Shown here one piece after another: positions 1-9,665 of a stretch of 64,000 nucleotides of DNA. The position numbers and the translations under genes were made by a program. The stretch's first letter is position 1; every line of letters starts with the position of its first letter. The DNA is from Candidatus Yonathbacteria bacterium RIFCSPLOWO2_01_FULL_43_27 (GTDB lineage Bacteria; Patescibacteriota; Minisyncoccia; Phycocordibacterales; UBA1550): contig MHUV01000003.1 of NCBI GenBank assembly GCA_001823545.1, positions 86,398 to 150,397 on the forward strand. The letters are read 5' to 3'. The notes beneath the pieces were generated by a model that did no database searches, had not been told where the DNA came from, and saw only the letters and a list, made by a program, of their open reading frames with translations.

Positions 1-818
1 TCCATTGTTGTTGAAAGCTCGTGCTTTGCCTTTTCTGCTGCTTCTTTCAAACGCTGAAGTGCGAGTACATCTTTCGTAATATCGATGCCTGATTCTTTTT
101 TAAATTCATCAGCAATCCAACGAATGATTTTTTGGTCGATGTCTTCACCTCCCATATGCACATCACCGTCGGTTGATTTTACTTCAATAACATCATCTCC
201 TACTTCGAGGACAGAGACGTCGAACGTACCACCACCAAAGTCATATACGACAATCTTTTCATCTTTCTTTTTATTAAAACCGTATGCGAGCGCTGCAGCG
301 GTTGGTTCGTTAATGATGCGCTTTACATCAAAACCTGCAATCTGCCCTGCATCTTTGGTCGCCTGACGCTGTGAGTCGTTGAAATACGCAGGCACAGTAA
401 TTACCGCTTCGGTAATTTTCTCCCCAAGTTTTGCCTCAGCATCCTGCTTGAGCTTCTGAAGAACCATTGCCGAGATTTCTTCAGGACGGTATGCGCGATC
501 CCCCATACGAACTTTCACGCCATTATTATCGCCTTTTTCAATAGCAAACGAGACATTTTTCAAATCACGTTGAACACCCTCGTCATTAAAATCATGCCCA
601 ATCAAACGCTTAATACCGAACAGTGTATTTGCAGGGTTAGTTACGGCTTGGCGCTTTGCCAAAAGTCCCACGAGGCGTTCACCACCTTTTGAGGTTGCGA
701 CGACTGAGGGTGTTGTGCGCACACCTTCAATATTTTCAATGATGCGTGGTTCACCACCTTCGATGATAGCCACTGCAGAATTTGTTGTACCAAGATCAAT
801 ACCTAGAATTTTTGCCAT
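1..818 (-). CDS. dnaK: Molecular chaperone DnaK (Hsp70), N-terminal part; gene runs off the window edge
   Basis: Minus-strand translation from the ATG at 818 reads [32 protein letters not shown]...[12 protein letters not shown]. These are classic Hsp70 N-terminal ATPase motifs. The minus-strand reading frame is open through position 1. Confidence 0.9.
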   Translation of the reverse strand, partial: MAKILGIDLGTTNSAVAIIEGGEPRIIENIEGVRTTPSVVATSKGGERLVGLLAKRQAVTNPANTLFGIKRLIGHDFNDEGVQRDLKNVSFAIEKGDNNGVKVRMGDRAYRPEEISAMVLQKLKQDAEAKLGEKITEAVITVPAYFNDSQRQATKDAGQIAGFDVKRIINEPTAAALAYGFNKKKDEKIVVYDFGGGTFDVSVLEVGDDVIEVKSTDGDVHMGGEDIDQKIIRWIADEFKKESGIDITKDVLALQRLKEAAEKAKHELSTTM

Positions 819-897
819 AATATTTGATGATGTTAAATGTTGTTAATAAAAAATGTTTCAGATAAATCAATGATGTCGAATATGTCTCCCCTTTCTT

Positions 898-1545
898 TTA
901 TACTTCATGAGAACTACTACTCCACGCTCTTACCCGTGCCGGACGAATGACCTTACTATGAAGACGATATCCTTTTTGAATAACCTCACTCACCGTGTCT
1001 TCTTTGTGTGCGTCATCCGTAGGAATAGTTTCTATCGCGACGTGAATTCGAGGATCTATAGGTTCTCCCACTACGCCAATTTCTACGAGACCGCGTGACT
1101 CAAGAACTGAAAGAAATTGCGTATAAATGTATTCTACTCCCTTGCGCCAGTTCGCGTCTACTTTTTCCCACGACTCCTTATTACTAAAGGCCATTGAAAA
1201 ACTATCGAGAATGGGGAGGAGGTCTTCTACGAGCCCTTCGGAAGCAAATTTAATGATCTCACCGCGACGCACATCTTCTTCTTTTCGTGCATTTGCGAAG
1301 TCCGCACGCATTCTTTGCCACCCATCAAGATACTCTTTCTTTTCCTCTTCACATTTACGCAATCGCTCACGCAATTTTTTAAGCACCGCTACAGGATTTT
1401 CTTCATTCTCGATATTTTCAAACTGCACTTCGTCAGTACTATACCCATCATCTTTCATAGTGTCAAGCCCCTCTCCGTTACGACGAGGGGTGCTCTCATC
1501 TACCATCATATCTTCTTCTTTATTAATATCGTTTATATCTGCCAT
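898..1545 (-). CDS. grpE: Nucleotide exchange factor GrpE
   Basis: 215-aa ORF directly upstream of dnaK on the same strand. It has an acidic N-terminus, a coiled-coil region and a GrpE-like C-terminal motif (VGEPIDPRIHVAIETIP). Confidence 0.8.
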   Translation of the reverse strand: MADINDINKEEDMMVDESTPRRNGEGLDTMKDDGYSTDEVQFENIENEENPVAVLKKLRERLRKCEEEKKEYLDGWQRMRADFANARKEEDVRRGEIIKFASEGLVEDLLPILDSFSMAFSNKESWEKVDANWRKGVEYIYTQFLSVLESRGLVEIGVVGEPIDPRIHVAIETIPTDDAHKEDTVSEVIQKGYRLHSKVIRPARVRAWSSSSHEV

Positions 1546-1589
1546 ATAGCTATTTGAAAATTATATTTTATCACACCTGAAACGTATTT

Positions 1590-1626
1590 ACAAAAACCCT
1601 TCGCAAATATGTGAAAGGGTTTTTGT
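1590..1626. terminator. Bidirectional hairpin terminator between the rplM-rpsI unit and grpE
   Basis: acaaaaaccctt / aagggtttttgt form a 12-bp stem around a 13-nt loop. The stem is flanked by A- and T-runs. Confidence 0.45.
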
Positions 1627-1661
1627 AAAATATTGTTCTGAGAATTGAGGGACAAAAAGGA

Positions 1662-2141
1662 TTAACGTTTTGACCACTGAGGAGCCTTACGTGCTTTCTT
1701 GAGGCCGAACTTACGGCGCTCTTTAGTACGAGGGTCACGTTTGAGGAATCCTAGTTTCTTCAAACGTGTACGGAGTTCAGCATCATATTCCACGAGTGCG
1801 CGTGACACACCCTGACGAATTGCTTCTGCTTGTGAGTGAATACCACCTCCTTTTACTACCACGGTGATCGAAAACTTTTCTGCAACCTTTGATTTCACTA
1901 CGGCATTCTTTACAATAGTCTGCAACTCTTCTGTAGGGAAATATGTAGCAAAGTCTTTACCATTTATTACAATGCCTTCTTTTGCGCCAGGGGTGATACG
2001 CACACGTGCGGTACCCGTCTTGCGACGTCCTACGGTTTCAATATACTTTCCTGCAGCAACTTTCTTGGTCGCAGTCTTTACAGGCAGAGCCTTCTCTACA
2101 GCTTCCTTGTGGTCTTCTTTTGTAATATCTTTAGTTGTCAT
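1662..2141 (-). CDS. rpsI: 30S ribosomal protein S9 (with N-terminal extension)
   Basis: C-terminus GGGIHSQAEAIRQGVSRAL...KKARKAPQWSKR is the S9 signature. Confidence 0.9.
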   Translation of the reverse strand: MTTKDITKEDHKEAVEKALPVKTATKKVAAGKYIETVGRRKTGTARVRITPGAKEGIVINGKDFATYFPTEELQTIVKNAVVKSKVAEKFSITVVVKGGGIHSQAEAIRQGVSRALVEYDAELRTRLKKLGFLKRDPRTKERRKFGLKKARKAPQWSKR

Positions 2142-2144
2142 ATA

Positions 2145-2495
2145 TTAGTCTTTTATCGTTAAGCGCTTCATCCTCTCCTTGTGCAAGCGGTTGCGAGGAA
2201 TCATACGACTAATAGCGTGTATAAATACTTCGCTAAAACCCTTCTTCTCGATAACGTGCGCAAGGGTACGTTCTTTGAGACCACCTGGGTATCCAGAGTA
2301 TGCCTTAACGCGTACTTCCTTCATTTTGTTTGGTGCTATTGCGGACTTTGAAGCATTCTCCACAACAACCTGCACATCCGCAACCTTGTTCCTCTGGAAA
2401 AGAGGAGAAGTTTTTCCCATAAGCACGCTCGCAGCTTCCGTTGCGACACGGCCTATCGATTTTCCCTTAGCATCAATTGTGTGTGGTTGAGTCAT
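2145..2495 (-). CDS. rplM: 50S ribosomal protein L13
   Basis: 116 aa beginning MTQPHTIDAKGKSIGRVATEAASVLMGK, an L13 N-terminal motif. It lies adjacent to rpsI as in the conserved L13-S9 pair. Confidence 0.9.
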   Translation of the reverse strand: MTQPHTIDAKGKSIGRVATEAASVLMGKTSPLFQRNKVADVQVVVENASKSAIAPNKMKEVRVKAYSGYPGGLKERTLAHVIEKKGFSEVFIHAISRMIPRNRLHKERMKRLTIKD

Positions 2496-2521
2496 AATAG
2501 TTTATAAAAAATTAAATAGCA

Positions 2522-2881
2522 TTACACAAATTCAATTACCGCCATCTTACTTGCATCGCCCTTACGACGAGGAAGTTTGACCACTCTGGTGTATCCACCA
2601 GGACGTGTCTTATAGCGAGGCGCAATATCTTCGATGATTTTGCGTGCTCCCTCTTCTCCTACCGTACCGCCTAAACGAGAAATAATCAAGCGACGTGAAG
2701 GAAGGTCGCCAATGCGTCCTTTGGTAACCAAGCTCTCTACAAACGAGCGGAGCTCCTTGGCACGTGCTTCAGTCGTCGTGATGTGTTCTTCGATAACGAG
2801 CGCAAGTGCAAGCGAACGCATAAGTGCTAAGCGTCCTGCCTGATCTCTTCCGAATTTTCTAATTGACTTGTGATGTTTCAT
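2522..2881 (-). CDS. rplQ: 50S ribosomal protein L17
   Basis: 119 aa, MKHHKSIRKFGRDQAGRLALMRSLA...GYTRVVKL, typical of L17. It follows rpoA. Confidence 0.9.
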   Translation of the reverse strand: MKHHKSIRKFGRDQAGRLALMRSLALALVIEEHITTTEARAKELRSFVESLVTKGRIGDLPSRRLIISRLGGTVGEEGARKIIEDIAPRYKTRPGGYTRVVKLPRRKGDASKMAVIEFV

Positions 2882-2908
2882 AAAATTGACTGACTAAGTG
2901 ACTAACGC

Positions 2909-3877
2909 TTATCCTTTAAGCGAGATTCCGTGTCCTGCAAGAACGCGCTTGATCTCCTGAATTCCCTTGTCGCCCAAACCGTCGATCTCTAAAAGATCTT
3001 CCTCGGTTTTGCGTGCAAGACCACCAACGGTACGAATATTTGCATTACCAAGAGCATTTGAAGTACGTGCAGAGAGATCGAGGTGTTCGATACGAGTCTT
3101 AAGAAACTCGTTATCAACCGCATCTTTTTTAGGTGCTTGCTCCTCTTCATCATGTTCCTCTACGGAAGGCTTCTCAGCCTCAGCTTCAGTGAAGCCAATA
3201 ACTGCCTTGAGCTGACTGATCATAATTTCGATTGAAGATTCGAGTGCACGACGAGGGGTGATGGTACCATCAGTTTCAATAGAAAGTTTGAGACGATTAT
3301 AGTCTGTACGATCACCAACGCGCATATTTTCTACTTCGTAGTTTACACGACGAATAGGGGTAAAGATTGCATCGAGTGCAATCGTGCCGATATCAACTTT
3401 TTCCTTCTGATGTACTTCCTTAGGAACATATCCAAAGCCTTTTTCAATGGTCATCTCAACTACAAACGAAGCATTCTTGTCAGTGAGTGTTGCAATATGG
3501 AGATCTGGGTTCAATACTTCAACCTGACCGCCAACCTTAATATCGCCAGCAGTAACATTTTTAGCACCTTTAATTGAAATTGTTGCCGTCTGTGTTTCCA
3601 TCGTTGAAAGCTTGAAGCGAGCCTTCTTGAGGTTGAGGAGAATCATAATAACATCTTCCTTAACGCCTTCGATAGTAGAGAACTCGTGTGCAACGCCGTC
3701 AATCTTTACGGTCGTAATTGATGCACCCATAAGTGATGACAAAATGATGCGACGAAGTGAGTTTCCCAACGTATGACCATATCCAGGGTAAAGACCCTCG
3801 ATATCATACGTACCTTTTACATTATCTTCAGAGATAACCTTTGGTTTTGATGGCAAAATGATGTTGTAGTCAAGCAT
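2909..3877 (-). CDS. rpoA: DNA-directed RNA polymerase alpha subunit
   Basis: 322 aa with an alpha N-terminal domain (GHTLGNSLRRILLSS) and a C-terminal domain (LSARTSNALGNANIRTVGGL). Confidence 0.92.
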   Translation of the reverse strand: MLDYNIILPSKPKVISEDNVKGTYDIEGLYPGYGHTLGNSLRRIILSSLMGASITTVKIDGVAHEFSTIEGVKEDVIMILLNLKKARFKLSTMETQTATISIKGAKNVTAGDIKVGGQVEVLNPDLHIATLTDKNASFVVEMTIEKGFGYVPKEVHQKEKVDIGTIALDAIFTPIRRVNYEVENMRVGDRTDYNRLKLSIETDGTITPRRALESSIEIMISQLKAVIGFTEAEAEKPSVEEHDEEEQAPKKDAVDNEFLKTRIEHLDLSARTSNALGNANIRTVGGLARKTEEDLLEIDGLGDKGIQEIKRVLAGHGISLKG

Positions 3878-3942
3878 ATGAATATTAAAATTATTAGTGA
3901 GCTTTGGAAATAAGAGCGTCCTCGTTATTCCGTTCTCAAATA

Positions 3943-4575
3943 TTAGCGACTATAAAACTCAATAACGGATGTAAGGTTGAACGTTGCTTCACCGGGAACA
4001 CTCTTTGGTTTTCCTTGAAGTGTCACCGTGTGTTTATCAGCGTCAATTTTAATCCAAGATGGAACCTTAATCGTTTTCAACTTTTCCCCTAAACCTTCAA
4101 AAAGTTTTGACCCCTTACTTCCTGCACGCACCGCAATAACATCTCCCATCTTCATACGGCGAGAAGCAATAGTGCTTCGGCGACCATTAACCGTAATGTG
4201 CCCGTGCGCAACCATCTGACGAGCAAGGGAACGTGCATTTGCATACCCTGCGCGGAACACAACGTTATCTAAACGAGATTCAAGAGCTTCGTACAAAAAA
4301 TCTGCAGGAGCAACACCTTTTTTGGTGGTTGACTCCTTTACGTAGTTGCTGAATTGCTTCTCGCTAACGCGGTACGTATTGCGTACCTTCTGCTTGTTGC
4401 GCATCTGTGTACCAAACTCTGTGGTACTCGAACGATGCTTATGTTCTGACAAAAGCATTCCCGGGGGATATGGCTTGCGCTCCATTGCACATTTAGGCGT
4501 AAAACATCGTTCCCCTTTAAGGAACAATTTTTCTCCGGCACGGCGACATTTTTTACATTTTTGGTCGATAATCAT
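3943..4575 (-). CDS. rpsD: 30S ribosomal protein S4
   Basis: 210 aa with N-terminal zinc-ribbon-like CKKCRRAGEKLFLKGERC and the S4 domain. Confidence 0.9.
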   Translation of the reverse strand: MIIDQKCKKCRRAGEKLFLKGERCFTPKCAMERKPYPPGMLLSEHKHRSSTTEFGTQMRNKQKVRNTYRVSEKQFSNYVKESTTKKGVAPADFLYEALESRLDNVVFRAGYANARSLARQMVAHGHITVNGRRSTIASRRMKMGDVIAVRAGSKGSKLFEGLGEKLKTIKVPSWIKIDADKHTVTLQGKPKSVPGEATFNLTSVIEFYSR

Positions 4576-4611
4576 TGTGTTTTATTTATTCAACGAGTCA
4601 CTAAACTGCTA

Positions 4612-5046
4612 CTATATTCTGCGTGGCTTCTTTGGCTTTGGACCATTGTGAGGTACGGGGGTAACATCACGAATCATGGTAATATCAATCCCTTTTGAAT
4701 TGAAGGCACGGATAGCGCTTTCGCGACCTGCACCAACTCCTCTCACAACCGCATCAACTTCTTTGAGACCTACGGCAACTGCGCGCTCTCCGACCAACTC
4801 GCCAACCTTTGCGGCAGCAAACGGTGTTCCCTTCTTTGCACCCTTGAATCCAAGAGAGCCAGAAGATGACCACACGAGTGCATTGCCAGTCTTGTCGGTA
4901 AGCAAAATCTTGGTATTATTGTATGTTGCCTGAACATACAAGGTACCAGCGAGATGCTTCTTCTTTGCTGTGCGTGAAAGCGCGCGAGATACTAATCCCG
5001 CATCAACTCCCTGCCCTGTTTTTTTAACGATTTTTACTTTTCCCAT
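4612..5046 (-). CDS. rpsK: 30S ribosomal protein S11
   Basis: GTPFAAAKVGELVGERA...VKGVGAGRESAIRA is the S11 signature. Confidence 0.9.
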   Translation of the reverse strand: MGKVKIVKKTGQGVDAGLVSRALSRTAKKKHLAGTLYVQATYNNTKILLTDKTGNALVWSSSGSLGFKGAKKGTPFAAAKVGELVGERAVAVGLKEVDAVVRGVGAGRESAIRAFNSKGIDITMIRDVTPVPHNGPKPKKPRRI

Positions 5047-5077
5047 AGTTGGTGTTTACGTGAGTATTGTTGACTTA

Positions 5078-5458
5078 TTATTTCTTATCTGCCTTGCGAC
5101 GCCCTGAACCCATTGTCTTGCGTACGTTACCACGTACCGTGCGTGAGTTCGTCTTGGTGCGCTGTCCGCGAACAGGAAGTTTTTTTGCATGACGTGTTCC
5201 GCGATACGCATGAATGTCTTTGAGACGCTTGACGTTCATTGAGATTTCGCGTTTGAGATCTCCTTCGAGTGTGAATGCTTCGATCTCTTTACGAATCTTT
5301 GCCTCGTCGTCGGCGGTTAACTCTTTTGCGCGTGTACCATAATCAATCTTTACTGCGTCCAAAATCTTTTTTGCGCGCGCGCGACCGATACCATAGACGG
5401 CAGTGAGGCTTATTTCCAGACGTTTCTCATCTGGTATGGTGATTCCCAAAATACGCAT
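5078..5458 (-). CDS. rpsM: 30S ribosomal protein S13
   Basis: MRILGITIPDEKRLEISLTAVYGIGRARA is the S13 N-terminus. Confidence 0.9.
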   Translation of the reverse strand: MRILGITIPDEKRLEISLTAVYGIGRARAKKILDAVKIDYGTRAKELTADDEAKIRKEIEAFTLEGDLKREISMNVKRLKDIHAYRGTRHAKKLPVRGQRTKTNSRTVRGNVRKTMGSGRRKADKK

Positions 5459-5491
5459 AGTGTAATGTATTCTTAAATTATGATAATCCCT

Positions 5492-5605
5492 CTATCCCTG
5501 ACGCTGTTTGTGGCGTGGGTTCGTGCAGATAACGCGAAGAGCCCCGCCTCGTTTGACCGTCTTGCATTTCGTACAGATTTTCTTGATTGATGCTCGTACT
5601 TTCAT
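5492..5605 (-). CDS. rpmJ: 50S ribosomal protein L36 (not in the supplied ORF track, below the length cut-off)
   Basis: Minus-strand reading from the ATG at 5605 gives [37 protein letters not shown] followed by a stop. This matches the L36 C-x2-C...C-x4-H zinc ribbon. It sits at the conserved position between infA and rpsM. Confidence 0.8.
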   Translation of the reverse strand: MKVRASIKKICTKCKTVKRGGALRVICTNPRHKQRQG

Positions 5606-5731
5606 ACTTTTATATTAAAAACAAAAACGATTTCCCCACTCTACCTCATTTTAAAAATAAATGCAAGCCCCACAAAAGGTTTGCCACGTTCTTTTGTTCG
5701 TAGCCTTTAAAAAAGCCGTATAATACCCTCT

Positions 5732-5941
5732 TTAAACCCTTTTTACGATACGTCCTTTACCACCATATGGGTCCAATTTTACGATGACTTTATCCCCTAC
5801 GAGAACCTTGATGCGATGAAGGCGCATCTTACCTGCGAGATATGAAACAAGGATTTCTCCTCCAGGAAGCTCCACGCGGAACATTGTGTTCGGAAGCGCC
5901 TCAGTAACTTCTCCTTGTACTAATTCTTCTTTTTCTGCCAT
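5732..5941 (-). CDS. infA: Translation initiation factor IF-1
   Basis: 69 aa, [40 protein letters not shown], an S1-like fold typical of IF-1. Confidence 0.9.
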   Translation of the reverse strand: MAEKEELVQGEVTEALPNTMFRVELPGGEILVSYLAGKMRLHRIKVLVGDKVIVKLDPYGGKGRIVKRV

Positions 5942-6006
5942 AGTGAACCCTTATGATACCAGATGTTATGAGGTAACGTCAAATGGACAAACAGTAAGCT
6001 CATCTT

Positions 6007-7359
6007 TTATCCCTCAACAATTTTTATTTCAATCTGCGTAGGGTCGGTAGGAAATACTGTTTCCCAAAAAGGACGAATGACGGCATCTGCTTTTTGTATA
6101 TTTTTTTGACTTTCAATAAAAGTATTGAAGTCTTTCTTTCCTTTCCCCACTATCTCTGCGGTAATTTTTTTGGTATCAATTTCCCCAACAAATGAAGGCT
6201 CCCCCCTAAGGGTAAACGTTATGCGAGAAATATCAGAAAGGACTACGTTATCAACAGCCTCATTGAAGGTGAATGAAATTTCTGGAATATTGCGCACCGT
6301 AAGCGGTCCTCCTGCGTAGTCGGGAAATACAACGTCCATAATTTTTTCTGTTAAAAGTTGGGTATCAAAAAAGAATACCGATACAGTAGCTTTCATTGCC
6401 ACTTTGTTTGCCGCTTCGACAGAAAGATCGGGAGACATCTCCTCAAAGGTGAGTACGATACTTCCTGGGAAAAAACTTACCTCTTCCGGAATCTCTGCTT
6501 CTGCTTTCTTGAGCGCAATTTCCTTTAATGCGTCTTTGATTTCTGCGCGCACCTTCGCCACATCTTCTAGGGCAGGTACTTTTATTGTCCCCGAAAACCC
6601 ACCTTGAATAGGGAAATTTTCCATTGAGCGCGCCGTAAACTTTGCATAGCGTTCGAGATCTTTTGATTCTTTAAATCCAGGGATAGTAAAATCAGCGAGT
6701 CCAATATTGTATTCTTTCCCAGGAAGATCCGCATCAACGACCGCAAGAACAGAGCCCGGATTTGCAACCTTCCCGTTAACCATCTTTGCACCAGGAACGA
6801 CAACAGAATCTCGAATACGAAAAATCTTATGATCTGGAGTTTCGAGACGGGTGTTTTTGATAAGACGCTGACTATTACCATTATATGCATTATAAATCAC
6901 CACTTTCCCTGAGGCCTTGTATTGGACCTTCTTCTCCTCTACCGCAGGAACTTCTTTCTCCATTGTTTCCTCGAGGCTCATATACTGGAACGCAAGCGCG
7001 TTGCCGGTAGGTGATTTTTCAGCGGTAAACTCATGATTAAGAGAAGCCTCCTTTACAACAGGAACAATCTTGACGGTTGCACCTGAAAAATAATCCATCG
7101 CAAACAAAATACCACCCATTGCAATCATTACAATAAAAAGAATGAACCACATTCGCCCGCGAGACGTCTTCTTTTCTGGAGAAAAAGATGGTGATGTTTT
7201 TACTGGTGTTTTTTCAAAAAAAGAATTTTTTGTAATGCGATCAGAAATATCAGTACGTGAAGTAGACTCAACCTGAGGTAGTGTAGATGGTCTTCGTGCG
7301 GGCATAGTATTCCCTGATACGAACATATCTTGCATTGGTTTTTTGTTGATACCGTCCAT
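6007..7359 (-). CDS. Hypothetical membrane-anchored protein. It has an approximately 85-aa disordered Ser/Thr/Pro-rich N-terminus, one TM helix and a roughly 340-aa extracytoplasmic domain.
   Basis: Long ORF with a hydrophobic segment (MWFILFIVMIAMGGILFAM). No family was recognised by eye. Confidence 0.5.
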   Translation of the reverse strand: MDGINKKPMQDMFVSGNTMPARRPSTLPQVESTSRTDISDRITKNSFFEKTPVKTSPSFSPEKKTSRGRMWFILFIVMIAMGGILFAMDYFSGATVKIVPVVKEASLNHEFTAEKSPTGNALAFQYMSLEETMEKEVPAVEEKKVQYKASGKVVIYNAYNGNSQRLIKNTRLETPDHKIFRIRDSVVVPGAKMVNGKVANPGSVLAVVDADLPGKEYNIGLADFTIPGFKESKDLERYAKFTARSMENFPIQGGFSGTIKVPALEDVAKVRAEIKDALKEIALKKAEAEIPEEVSFFPGSIVLTFEEMSPDLSVEAANKVAMKATVSVFFFDTQLLTEKIMDVVFPDYAGGPLTVRNIPEISFTFNEAVDNVVLSDISRITFTLRGEPSFVGEIDTKKITAEIVGKGKKDFNTFIESQKNIQKADAVIRPFWETVFPTDPTQIEIKIVEG

Positions 7360-7427
7360 ATATTATAAGTCGTTTGATTATCAGAGTCTTTATGTTAAAT
7401 AGTATACCATTTTTCCACCACCTCATG

Positions 7428-8606
7428 TTAAGGGAGGAGCATTTTTTTCGCAAAGAGTGCTTCGAGCATCAGGAATGGATCTCTCATTGCCCCGCTTGCG
7501 AACGTAACGAAGTTTGATAGTGTCGCATAATCCAAATAACACACTTCGCAACCATTTTTATCAAGCATTCTCGCACGAGATGATGCGACAAGTTCCCCAA
7601 AAAGTTTTTTACTATCTGCGTCGGCAGTAAAAAATACTTTGCGCACGGGCGTGAAATATACGAGCGGAATATCGAGTGCTTTTTCAAAACGTTCTCGCCA
7701 TTCATCGCGACTATGTTTAATAATATTTTCTATCATTTGTTTCTCGCCTGCACCAAGCTCATCGCGCAAGAACAACGAGAAAAGTGACACTGCCTCCTCG
7801 TGGGAGGTTTTCTTTTTATTCGAAATTTCACGAATGAAGAAGTTTTTACCTCGCGGGAACAACATCGTTTCTTTAACTGTGTCGCGCACAATAAGCGAAA
7901 CATCGGTCGCTTCTCCTGTAATATCAAGGAAGAGAAAATTTTGTTCTTTAGGGAAGATGTCACGAATTGCACTGAACGCAGCGAGGGGAAATGCTGTGAA
8001 ATGTATTTGTGAACCAACGGAAAAATGTGACAGCAAGCGTTTAATCGTTTCAATAGCGCGTCGAGACGACAAACTGACCACGCTCTCAATTTCTAGTTCA
8101 GTTGTTTTCTTTCCATAAAACTCTTTTATCTCATAGCCATTGAGACGAATTTTAATAACCTTTCTCTCAATAACCATAATATCGCCAGAAGGAAGAGTGC
8201 TGGAAAGCTCTTTTTTTAGCCTCTCAGTATCCTCATCGAGGAGATTCTCGATGAGTTTTTCTGTCACCAAAACGCCCTCTTCTTTTGCAAGCGTAATACG
8301 ACGACTCTTGAGAACGAACCACGGTGATGAAAGTGCGCAAAAAATATGCGCTGGCGCCACCGCCGCCTTGTGTTTCGCCTTAATATCCTTGAGTGCATTT
8401 TCGAGCGCACGGTTCATCGCAATTATAAAACGCGATGATGAGAGAGATTCCTGAAAAGGAATGTCGTTTCTCGTAGTGTCAATAATAACGGGAGATGCAT
8501 GGGAAGAAAGTTGCGCACGTGCAACACCGACACTCGCTGACCCAATATCAACAAGGAGTACTGATGATGTATCGAGTGTTTTTTTAGTAAAAAAAGAAAG
8601 TGCCAT
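7428..8606 (-). CDS. Actin-fold ATPase, FtsA/PilM-like (cell-division or pilus-assembly scaffold)
   Basis: The N-terminal LLVDIGSASVGVA is a phosphate-1-like motif of the sugar-kinase/Hsp70/actin superfamily. Its size (392 aa) fits FtsA or PilM. Assignment is by motif only. Confidence 0.45.
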   Translation of the reverse strand: MALSFFTKKTLDTSSVLLVDIGSASVGVARAQLSSHASPVIIDTTRNDIPFQESLSSSRFIIAMNRALENALKDIKAKHKAAVAPAHIFCALSSPWFVLKSRRITLAKEEGVLVTEKLIENLLDEDTERLKKELSSTLPSGDIMVIERKVIKIRLNGYEIKEFYGKKTTELEIESVVSLSSRRAIETIKRLLSHFSVGSQIHFTAFPLAAFSAIRDIFPKEQNFLFLDITGEATDVSLIVRDTVKETMLFPRGKNFFIREISNKKKTSHEEAVSLFSLFLRDELGAGEKQMIENIIKHSRDEWRERFEKALDIPLVYFTPVRKVFFTADADSKKLFGELVASSRARMLDKNGCEVCYLDYATLSNFVTFASGAMRDPFLMLEALFAKKMLLP

Positions 8607-8697
8607 TACCTACACAGTATACACCGAAAAAAATAAAAGAAAAAATTACGGCGATTATTAAACAGCAATACCAATCACACACACCGCAAACGTTTTA

Positions 8698-9609
8698 TTA
8701 CCTAAAAATAATTAGACCGCTATCAAATTTTAACTCGAGAACAAGCTCTCCGCGCGACGTAAAGAGGAAAGACTGTACTTTGCCCAGCATTGTAGAAAAT
8801 ACTTGCTCTTGTGAACCCTCGCAGTACATTAGCGTAGTAGCCATATCCTTGAATTCGATATTCTTTCCTGAAACCTCATATGTACCACTCATTGAATTAC
8901 AGTCTGTTTTTACCGAAACGGTGCCATCTTTTCTGAAGGTAAGAGAAAAAGCCTCAGGTTTTTGTGGGGTAACAATCGTGCCGTCGTTATATACCGTTCG
9001 TATCCATTTCCACGTAGTCATATCCAAAGTCATCCGGCTTGGATCTGCCTCACCCTCGAAATCTACCGCAACTTTGATCAAGCGAAAATTACTTGGATCG
9101 TACTGTAAATAAAGACTCTTCCCTTCGCTCGGACGAGTAGTAAGCGGTGCACCGAATGGACGATCAGCATAATTCACAACAGCTTTGTTGCCTTGAAAAT
9201 AATACGTCTGTGGCGCAATGCGGTCACCGAGAAGAATCGTGTCGGTACCACGATAGCTTCCGCTCACATTAATAGCAAGTGTGGCGTAGTAGAACGTACC
9301 ACTTCCACCAGTGTCGCTTACCAACAAGAGGACTGCGTCCTGATCGCCATCGCTATCAATATCGCCATATACGGGTTCGCCAAAATTAGATACTTTCAGC
9401 TTGGTCGCAGAACCAGGGACCAGCTCAACTTCTGCCTTACCACCTACGAGGGTTACTGGTTTTTCGTCAATAAGGTATGTTGCATTAAGTGGACTTCCTA
9501 CGGCGTGTTCACCGTTTTTCACCAAAGGAACAGGAAAAAGAAGTGCGAGCAAAAATACTATTCCAACAATAAAAACTGCTACAATAAATATTTTTTTATT
9601 CATATACAC
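8698..9609 (-). CDS. Secreted or membrane-anchored protein with a C-terminal META/HslJ-like domain
   Basis: N-terminal signal/TM (IFIVAVFIVGIVFLLALLF). It has a Ca-binding-like GDIDSDGDQDAV segment. The C-terminal CNSMSGTYEVSGKNIEFKDMATTLMYCEG resembles the META (DUF306/HslJ) domain. Confidence 0.5.
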   Translation of the reverse strand: MYMNKKIFIVAVFIVGIVFLLALLFPVPLVKNGEHAVGSPLNATYLIDEKPVTLVGGKAEVELVPGSATKLKVSNFGEPVYGDIDSDGDQDAVLLLVSDTGGSGTFYYATLAINVSGSYRGTDTILLGDRIAPQTYYFQGNKAVVNYADRPFGAPLTTRPSEGKSLYLQYDPSNFRLIKVAVDFEGEADPSRMTLDMTTWKWIRTVYNDGTIVTPQKPEAFSLTFRKDGTVSVKTDCNSMSGTYEVSGKNIEFKDMATTLMYCEGSQEQVFSTMLGKVQSFLFTSRGELVLELKFDSGLIIFR

Positions 9610-9632
9610 AGTATATCACTAATCTAAAAAGG

Positions 9633-9660
9633 AAAACCGCACGGATATGCGGTTTTTCTT
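9633..9660. terminator. Rho-independent terminator (bidirectional)
   Basis: aaaaccgcacgg-atat-gcggttttt hairpin flanked by A- and T-runs. It sits downstream of the 9666..10088 gene. Confidence 0.5.
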
Positions 9661-9665
9661 TTTAC

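Noticed and set aside
85-366. Plus-strand 93-aa ORF inside the dnaK region, and many similar antisense or overlapping ORFs in the track (for example inside rpoB, rpoC, atpA, atpD, sufS, topA, dnaX, and 8600..9112, 32187..32696, 19409..19987, 61985..62623)
   Set aside because: They lie wholly within, and antisense or out of frame to, long ORFs with unambiguous conserved-family translations. They have low-complexity, Ser/Arg/Cys-rich compositions typical of spurious frames.
1546-1661. HrcA CIRCE operator (TTAGCACTC-N9-GAGTGCTAA) upstream of grpE-dnaK
   Set aside because: No CIRCE-like inverted repeat is present in the grpE upstream region. Only a terminator hairpin and a -10-like box were found.
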